NCBI RefSeq assembly: GCF_018350175.1
Contig: NC_058368.1
Span: 24,058,001 to 24,122,000, forward strand
From: Felis catus
Taxonomy: Eukaryota
DNA length: 64,000 bases
Reading direction: 5' to 3'
Shown: in pieces, positions 63,035 through 64,000 of the stretch
Layout of the letters: each line of letters starts with the position of its first letter
Position numbering within the stretch: the stretch's first letter is position 1
Program-made: the position numbers and the translations under genes
Notes under the pieces: generated by a model
Told to the model about the DNA's origin: nothing
Databases searched by the model: none
What the model saw: the letters and a program-made list of their open reading frames with translations, nothing else

Positions 63035-64000
63035 TCCGAGGAACATGGCAGCATAGCAGAACCTAAGGCTCACCTCCTCCCACAGATACACCTCAGTGTA
63101 AATAACCCACATCAGTGTAAAGAACTGAGAAAATGGCTTCAAGACCAGCAGAACAGACTCCACAGATAAATGGGAAGAAGCAATATCGAAGACGTTAGAA
63201 AGGACAGAGATGTGGACATGAGCCAAACTGACATGTGGGACTGTCTGCAAGAGAAAGGGATATCTCCAGAGCAGAGCAGAGCACATGTCCACACCAGGTA
63301 CATCAGGCACAGGGACCCACACTAGGAAGATGAATCTCCTTAACATTTGACTTTGAATACCAGACGGACTTAATTGGAATTCTTACAATCAACGGGGCTT
63401 AATATCTACAACTTTCAAAATCAGCAGGTTCTGCACTGGGAGATCTGGGAAGATGACAGAAAACTGTGTACCTACTCTTAAAGAGACAGCATAACAAACA
63501 GTCCCACTGAAATACAACACTACAACATAAAAATACCAGTTTGAAAAATGCCTGGCGTATACGGGAGGCAGACATTTTTACTATTATCAGGGCCTATGCT
63601 GGAGGGGCAGTGAGCTTTGGAGACTTCTCCAAGAACAAAAGAGCTAGAGGACACCATTTCCCTCCCTTCCCTGTCCCCCGCCCCAAGCCTAGATACATTA
63701 ACAACCTGGGGGACAAGTGCAGCACCAACACTGCCCACCTAGCTTGCTAACAGCATATGCAGCCCTCACATTCTCCTGAAGACCCATATCCTCCAACGCA
63801 CTGCCTACAGGAATCCATCCAAAGCAGATCCACAAGTCTGGCAGGGTGCAAGCCCCCACTACAAATGTCAGTACCACCTCAATGCAACTCCCGCCCTAAA
63901 AGGAAGAAAATCACACATGACTCTGACTGCAGTCCCAGATATCTGGTCTGACTTCTGGCCCCAAACTACAAAAGCTACTCAGGATATAATATAGGGAGAG
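63035..64000 (+). mobile_element. 5'UTR of a carnivore L1, continuing past the window end
   Basis: gaggaacatggcagcatag (decayed aagatggcgg YY1-type start), ctcacctcctcccacagatacac…, GC-richer UTR-like sequence. Confidence 0.65.

Overview
Mammalian genomic DNA from a felid. The 19 tRNA-derived Can-SINEs include two very young SINEC_Fc-type copies. The window is AT-rich and repeat-dense, and I find no convincing intact protein-coding gene. The one clear gene-derived feature is an intronless, polyadenylated, TSD-flanked processed pseudogene of NONO (p54nrb) at about 11358-13051 (+). It carries two frameshifts and appears to record a short-5'UTR, proximal-poly(A) mRNA isoform. The rest is layered transposon history: HAL1, old and carnivore L1 fragments, L2, MIR, MaLR/ERVL/ERV1 solo LTRs, hAT and Tigger DNA-transposon relics, a probable very old RTE-like reverse-transcriptase fossil, and microsatellites. 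Patterns worth follow-up are repeated re-use of single L1-endonuclease sites (triple TSDs; back-to-back SINE pairs sharing one T|A junction), a MER53 hairpin that keeps the miR-1302 seed, a near-identical inverted pair of young SINEs, and a 179-nt homopurine tract. I see no evidence for a novel multi-gene system. Repeat subfamily names and comparisons to human NONO come from recalled sequences, not from a database search.
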